From an uncultured bacterium (GTDB taxonomy: Bacteria; Vulcanimicrobiota; CADAWZ01): a stretch of 64,000 nucleotides of DNA. The position numbers and the translations under genes were made by a program. Shown piece after piece: positions 59,124 through 64,000 of the stretch. How positions within the stretch are numbered: the stretch's first letter is position 1; every line of letters starts with the position of its first letter. Location: positions 70,039-134,038 of the forward strand of contig CADASF010000005.1 in assembly GCA_902790465.1 (NCBI GenBank), in the 5' to 3' direction. The notes under the pieces are model-generated. The model saw only the letters and a list, made by a program, of their open reading frames with translations. It did no database searches and was not told the origin of the DNA.

Positions 59124-60104
59124 ATGAATAAATATAAAAAGAGGATAAAAGATATGGATACTTTTGTTATTGGTGTTGATTTAGGTGGCAGTCATGCAGC
59201 TTGTGGTTGTGTTGATTTAGATGGAAATATAAGTTGTATGTGTGAAACAGAAATAGATAGAGAAAACAGTGCAGATAAAGTAATAAATGAAAATCTTATT
59301 CCACTTATAGAAGAATGTAAAAATAAAGCTAAAGATAAAAATATTGTTGGAATTGGAATAGGTATTCCAGGTAGAACAGATTCAAAAAATGGAATATGTG
59401 TATTTGCCCCAAATTTAAATTGGCATGATGTTGATGTCAAAACTCCTATTGAAAAAGCATGTAAATTACCTGTTTTTATATTGAATGATGCGAGAGCCAT
59501 GGCTACTGGAGAAAAATATTTTGGCAATGGAAAAGGCATTGACAATTTTGTTTGTATTGCCATAGGAACTGGAATTGGCGGTGGAATTGTAGCAGGTGGC
59601 AAATTGATATTAGGAGCCGATGAAGCAGCAGGAGAAATAGGTCATATAACTGTTGAACCAAATGGTCCCGTCTGTGGTTGTGGAAACAGAGGTTGTGTTG
59701 AAGCATTGGCTTCAAGACTTGGAATTGTAAAAAGAGCAGAAGAAGCTATTGATAGTGGTGTTGAAACTGTTTTGAAGAAAGAAAATTTGACATCAAAAGA
59801 TATTTTTGATGCTGCTAAACAGGGGGATAAACTTTCTTTAAAAATATGGGAAGATACAGGAATATATTTGGGTAGATTTATTGCAAATCTTGCAACAACA
59901 GTAAATCCACAGAGAATTCTATTTTCTGGTAGAGTATCAGGGGCATCTGAATTATTCCTTCCTTCATTGAAGAAAGAATTAAAAGAAAGAGCAAGAATGG
60001 TTCCTGTTGAAAAAATAGAATTTATGAAAGCAAAATTTGAAGATGATGCTGGAATTGTTGGAAATGCAGGAAGAGCTTTTGAGTGTTTGGGATATTTAAA
60101 GTGA
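59124..60104 (+). CDS. ROK-family sugar kinase (glucokinase-like)
   Basis: GIGIGIPG ... CGCGNRGCVEALAS ROK zinc motif. Confidence 0.8.
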   Translation: MNKYKKRIKDMDTFVIGVDLGGSHAACGCVDLDGNISCMCETEIDRENSADKVINENLIPLIEECKNKAKDKNIVGIGIGIPGRTDSKNGICVFAPNLNWHDVDVKTPIEKACKLPVFILNDARAMATGEKYFGNGKGIDNFVCIAIGTGIGGGIVAGGKLILGADEAAGEIGHITVEPNGPVCGCGNRGCVEALASRLGIVKRAEEAIDSGVETVLKKENLTSKDIFDAAKQGDKLSLKIWEDTGIYLGRFIANLATTVNPQRILFSGRVSGASELFLPSLKKELKERARMVPVEKIEFMKAKFEDDAGIVGNAGRAFECLGYLK

Positions 60105-60123
60105 TAAGAGGTGGGCGGTTTTT

Positions 60124-61125
60124 ATGGAAAACGGCAAACTTGAAAAAATAAGAGGTTATTATATCAAAGATTTTATAAATTATCTCGTTGTAGAGAGAAA
60201 TCTTTCAAAAAGAACAGTAAAAGAATATGAAAGAGATATAAAGTTATTTCTTGGCTTTTTTGAAAAATATCTTGAAGCTGAAATGACTTTAAGTGATTTT
60301 GATGAGAGAACTATAAGAGAATATCTTACACATTTAAAACTTGATTTGGAATATTCTCCACGAGCTATAAATAGAAAGTTGGCTGCAATAAAATCATATT
60401 TTAAATTTATTGAGCAGGAAAGATTTATAGAACATTCTCCAGCTACAAATATAAAAAATACAAAATTGGATAAGAGATTGCCTAAAATTTTAGATGAAGA
60501 TGATGTAGATAGACTTATTGACACGACAGAAGAAGTTTGTTTGGAAAAAACACCTGATGAATATGATCCAGAAAATTACAAGAGTTTTGTCTATTTGAGA
60601 GACTGTGCTATTATGGAGATATTATATGCTACTGGAATGAGAATCAGTGAACTTGTAGGTCTCGATATAAAAGATATAGATTTCAAAAACAAAACAGCGA
60701 GAGTAACTGGAAAAGGTTCTAAACAAAGAATAGTTCTTTTAAATGAGCCAGCGATAAAAGCACTTGATGAATATCTTGCAGTAAGACCAGATGTCAGCAT
60801 AACTGCTCTGTTTTTAAACAGATATAAAAACAAATTATCTGCAAGGTCTGTTGAAAAGATGTTTAAAAAGAATATGAACAGGTCTGGTGTTGGAAAACCT
60901 GCTTCTCCACATACAATGAGGCATTCATTTGCAACACATTTACTCCAAGGTGGCTCAGATGTTGTTACAATAAAAGAGCTTTTAGGTCATGAAAGTCTTG
61001 CGACAACTCAGATATATACAAATATATCTATGAATAGGATAAAATCTACTTATGAGAGTGCTCACCCAAGAGCCAAGTTGAAAGATGATAAAAAAAATAA
61101 AGAAGATAATGGAAAGGAAGAGTAA
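60124..61125 (+). CDS. xerD: Tyrosine site-specific recombinase XerC/XerD-like
   Basis: R...HxxRH...Y catalytic residues (ARVTGKGSKQR, HTMRHSFATHLL, LATTQIYTNIS). Lys-rich C-terminal tail. Confidence 0.8.
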   Translation: MENGKLEKIRGYYIKDFINYLVVERNLSKRTVKEYERDIKLFLGFFEKYLEAEMTLSDFDERTIREYLTHLKLDLEYSPRAINRKLAAIKSYFKFIEQERFIEHSPATNIKNTKLDKRLPKILDEDDVDRLIDTTEEVCLEKTPDEYDPENYKSFVYLRDCAIMEILYATGMRISELVGLDIKDIDFKNKTARVTGKGSKQRIVLLNEPAIKALDEYLAVRPDVSITALFLNRYKNKLSARSVEKMFKKNMNRSGVGKPASPHTMRHSFATHLLQGGSDVVTIKELLGHESLATTQIYTNISMNRIKSTYESAHPRAKLKDDKKNKEDNGKEE

Positions 61126-61126
61126 C

Positions 61127-61351
61127 ATGAATTTTGGACACAGTGGCATGATGAGTGCTGAAGAATCTGAAAAACTTAGACAGGCTGTAAATGAAGCGAT
61201 GAAAAAGAAAGATTTCAAAGAAGAAATGTCAAAGCCTGATTTGAAGCCCAAAGATAAAAAAATGGCTGACAATGCTGGATATATGGACATCATAGATAGA
61301 ATAATACCAGTTACTCCAGAAGATATCAAAAAAGCTAAAGAACAAGAATAA
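61127..61351 (+). CDS. Small charged hypothetical protein (74 aa)
   Basis: ATG immediately after the xerD stop. The ORF-track alternative start 61085 overlaps xerD. Confidence 0.35.
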   Translation: MNFGHSGMMSAEESEKLRQAVNEAMKKKDFKEEMSKPDLKPKDKKMADNAGYMDIIDRIIPVTPEDIKKAKEQE

Positions 61352-61405
61352 TCAAGGGATTTTTTGTTAAAAATAGAATAAATATTTTCAAATATTATAA
61401 AAAAA

Positions 61406-62071
61406 TTGGAGAACATTATGAAAAAAATAATATGTGCAGTGGGAATAGCATTATGTCTCTTTGCAACAGGTTGTGATAATAGTAAAGTTACTGTTCTTGA
61501 GTCAACAAATAAAAGTCTTCAAGTTCAAGTAGAAGTCAAAGATAAAGAAATTGCAACTCTAAAGAAGCAAAATGAAGAGATGGCAAAGAAACTAAAAGAT
61601 ATGACTGAAGAAAAAAGCAGACTTGCAAGAATGTTGACAGATGCTGGTCTTTCAACAAATCCTGAAGAGATTTCTTTCAATGAATGTAGAGAAAATCTCA
61701 AAAAAATATCTGTTGGTTTAAAATTATATTCTGCCGATCATAAAGGTACATATCCAAAAAAACTTTCAGAAATATCACCTGATCCAAGATATTTAGATTT
61801 TGTTCCAACATGTCCAGCAGCCTCAAAAGATACATATACAAGTGGATATCAGCCAGCAAGAGATTTAAAATCATATAAAGTATGTTGTTTTGGTCATAAT
61901 CATAAGTCAATGATGATAAAAGAAAATAATCCAAGTTTTGACTCTGTAAGAGGTCTCGAAGTAGAAAGAGATACAAATATACAACAAGATGATACAAATT
62001 ATCAAGAAGAAGCAAAAACAGAAGCAAAGACAGAGGCAAAGTCTGAAGCCAAAACTGAAGAGAAAAAATAA
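61406..62071 (+). CDS. Lipoprotein with coiled coil and a C-terminal EAKTEAK repeat
   Basis: Lipobox LFATGC. EAKTEAKTEAKSEAKTEEK tandem repeat. Confidence 0.5.
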   Translation: MENIMKKIICAVGIALCLFATGCDNSKVTVLESTNKSLQVQVEVKDKEIATLKKQNEEMAKKLKDMTEEKSRLARMLTDAGLSTNPEEISFNECRENLKKISVGLKLYSADHKGTYPKKLSEISPDPRYLDFVPTCPAASKDTYTSGYQPARDLKSYKVCCFGHNHKSMMIKENNPSFDSVRGLEVERDTNIQQDDTNYQEEAKTEAKTEAKSEAKTEEKK

Positions 62072-62127
62072 ATAGATAAAAAAACTGACCTCTAAAATTT
62101 TAGAGGTCAGTTTTTTTATCTAACTAA

Positions 62128-62631
62128 TTATTCAATCATGTTATCTAAACTCATGTAATATTCTTCTATTTTTCTCCTATTTTCTCTGTTTATTCTCATT
62201 GCATCATTTATTCTTTCATTGCCTTCATAGATAAGTTGCATTCCATGGGAAACATTTACAGGATTGCCATCTTGTGTATATTTCATCAAATATGAAATAC
62301 CTTCATTATATAAGTCTATTCCATGGTATCCAACATTCAATTCATCTGCAAAATCTTCAAGAGATTCTTCTGGAATTTCTACTTCTCTTATTTCACGCTC
62401 TTTTTGTGATAGAACTTCTCTTAAATTATGGAGATATTCTGCATATTCATTCATTGTCCAATGACCAGCTAATACTTTATCTGAAGCATCTTTTATTTGA
62501 AGATATCTATCATTTACTTTTGCAGGAGGGGCAGAACTTACCATGTGGCTCATTCGAGGAATAGGTGTTTTGCAATTTATACAAACAGAAGCTGTTTCAG
62601 GATTATCATGACCGCACATAAGACAAAGCAT
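62128..62631 (-). CDS. Hypothetical protein with N-terminal zinc ribbon
   Basis: CLMCGHDNPETASVCINC. Confidence 0.45.
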   Translation of the reverse strand: MLCLMCGHDNPETASVCINCKTPIPRMSHMVSSAPPAKVNDRYLQIKDASDKVLAGHWTMNEYAEYLHNLREVLSQKEREIREVEIPEESLEDFADELNVGYHGIDLYNEGISYLMKYTQDGNPVNVSHGMQLIYEGNERINDAMRINRENRRKIEEYYMSLDNMIE

Positions 62632-62724
62632 AAGTAAAAATCCCCTTTCAAATAAAAAACAATTATTCTAAAAAAAACATTCTATATAAAATTAAATAAA
62701 TCCTTTGAAATTATTTTGCAAGAA

Positions 62725-63285
62725 TTACTTTTCTGAAAAAAGTTGAACCGAAAAAATAAATATTTCTGCTGATCCATCTTTCCAAGAATCTTTTGCAATA
62801 CCTGCTTTATCAATACACAATCTGTTCATAAAAGTGTCTCTTGACCAACCAGTTTCTGTTGCAACTTGTGGAAGAAATACTCCTTGACGATGTCCTTTTT
62901 TTACAATAACCCCATGCTCACCCATTTTAATTAAATTTGGATCAGATATTTTTTCTGGTTTTGTCAATACAGAAATTTCGATATCAATATCTTGATATTC
63001 TGAAATAGAAACGGGTGGAAAACGAGGATCGTTGAAAGCTGAAGCCAATGTCAAATCAGAAACAGCCTCATATAGAGGCATTACCCCTTCAATATAACCA
63101 ATACAACCTCTCAAATTTCCTTTTTTGTGAAGTGTTACAAACATTCCACAATTTTCTTTTAAAGAATCTGAAACATCTGATTCTGAAAAAATAGTTTTTG
63201 TCCTATTTTTTAAAAAGTCTCCTAAAACAGTCCTTGACATCGAAAGCAATTTTTTTCCGTCTTCTAATGAAATTTTACTGCTCAT
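62725..63285 (-). CDS. AMMECR1-domain protein
   Basis: GCIGYIEG ... conserved AMMECR1 core. Start probably the MSSKISL Met. The ORF-track start 63324 overlaps the upstream gene. Confidence 0.75.
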   Translation of the reverse strand: MSSKISLEDGKKLLSMSRTVLGDFLKNRTKTIFSESDVSDSLKENCGMFVTLHKKGNLRGCIGYIEGVMPLYEAVSDLTLASAFNDPRFPPVSISEYQDIDIEISVLTKPEKISDPNLIKMGEHGVIVKKGHRQGVFLPQVATETGWSRDTFMNRLCIDKAGIAKDSWKDGSAEIFIFSVQLFSEK

Positions 63286-64000
63286 TATTTTCTTCCGCCT
63301 TATCATCTGATTTTTTTTCTTCAACTGGCTTTGGTTCAGAAAGTGTAAATTTTATCACCATTATGCTTGGGGATGATATTGATTTATTGAAGAAATATTC
63401 TGATCTGCCTTCCATATTTTCTTCTTCAATCAAAGAATAAGAACCATCTGATTTTACTAAAAATCTCTCCATTTTGACACTTTTATTTGACCAATTACAA
63501 TCAGTCAAACTCATTCTAAATCTTGTATATTTAGGTGAAAAGAAACCATCTGTGAATTTGTGAACCAAAATTCTGTATTCTTCTTCAAATTTTTTGACAA
63601 AATCTTCAGATGAATCAGAATTGTCATATAACCACTGAGAAGGATTTGAAACAGCAAATAATATCACTAGACCTGATTCAGTAATAGCTGATTGAGCAAC
63701 AAAAGATAGTCTATCAAGCCCCTTTGTATCATTCAATTCAGAATATTTTGCCTCATTTTCAAAAAATTTTCCAAATGTATTTTTTGCTATTTCACCATTT
63801 ACAGAATCTGGTAATTCGATAAAATCTGCATTTGATTTTAATGCACACATTGCATTTTGGAATGCAAGTACAATACCCATATCTTTATCAGAAGATTTTG
63901 AGATAAAATCAGATATGGAAACATATATTTTTAATTTTAAGTCAGGATATTCTGGAAATATTTTGCTTTTTAAAAATGCAGGTTCTAAAAAATAATTATA
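63275..64000 (-). CDS. Hypothetical acidic protein (5' end may lie beyond the window edge)
   Basis: Open minus-strand frame up to the window end. No recognisable motifs. Confidence 0.35.
   Translation of the reverse strand, partial: YNYFLEPAFLKSKIFPEYPDLKLKIYVSISDFISKSSDKDMGIVLAFQNAMCALKSNADFIELPDSVNGEIAKNTFGKFFENEAKYSELNDTKGLDRLSFVAQSAITESGLVILFAVSNPSQWLYDNSDSSEDFVKKFEEEYRILVHKFTDGFFSPKYTRFRMSLTDCNWSNKSVKMERFLVKSDGSYSLIEEENMEGRSEYFFNKSISSPSIMVIKFTLSEPKPVEEKKSDDKAEENNEQ

Noticed and set aside
60124-61125. xerD-like recombinase as the integrase of the deaminase island
   Set aside because: It is 23 kb away and has housekeeping XerC/D features and context (a ROK kinase upstream). Nothing links it to the 25-37 kb array or to hsdS inversion.

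Overview
Low-GC (~30%) bacterial chromosome segment; the phylum cannot be assigned from sequence alone. Housekeeping backbone: fusA, cysK, lepA, metG, a tRNA cluster, tuf-rpmG-secE-nusG-rplK-rplA, tRNA-Ala, the grpE-dnaK-hsp20-dnaJ-hspR operon, a ROK kinase, xerD-like, AMMECR1. Signalling genes: a multi-GAF protein, a GAF-GGDEF membrane sensor and an OmpR/HK two-component pair. A glycan/phosphonate-type cluster carries a LicC-like NTase, a cytidylyltransferase-PEP mutase fusion, a TagF-like enzyme and two tandem YidC-domain::LtaS/sulfatase-domain fusion paralogs. The most unusual region is 25.35-37.03 kb, with a further copy at the window start (1-846). It is an amplified array of two-gene modules. 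Each module has a small zinc-deaminase-fold protein (CAE...PYCxxC, like tetrameric cytidine deaminases) and a co-varying downstream partner that looks like an immunity protein. Each module is divergently transcribed from either a conserved Cys-rich (TIR-like?) gene (3 copies) or a macro-domain-like gene (2 copies). All share the same promoter/operator architecture: an AGTTGCA direct-repeat operator, TGATATAAT extended -10 boxes in both directions and a GAGCGCTC leader palindrome. Segmental-duplication scars are present: a truncated copy of the HK 3' end and FabA-like gene fragments. A conserved-loop hairpin recurs 5 times. Other oddities: an orphan hsdS with two near-identical TRDs flanked by inverted MITE-like repeats, a 4-copy MITE-like family, an aberrant tRNA-Arg(CCT)-like gene, and a glycine-zipper small protein.
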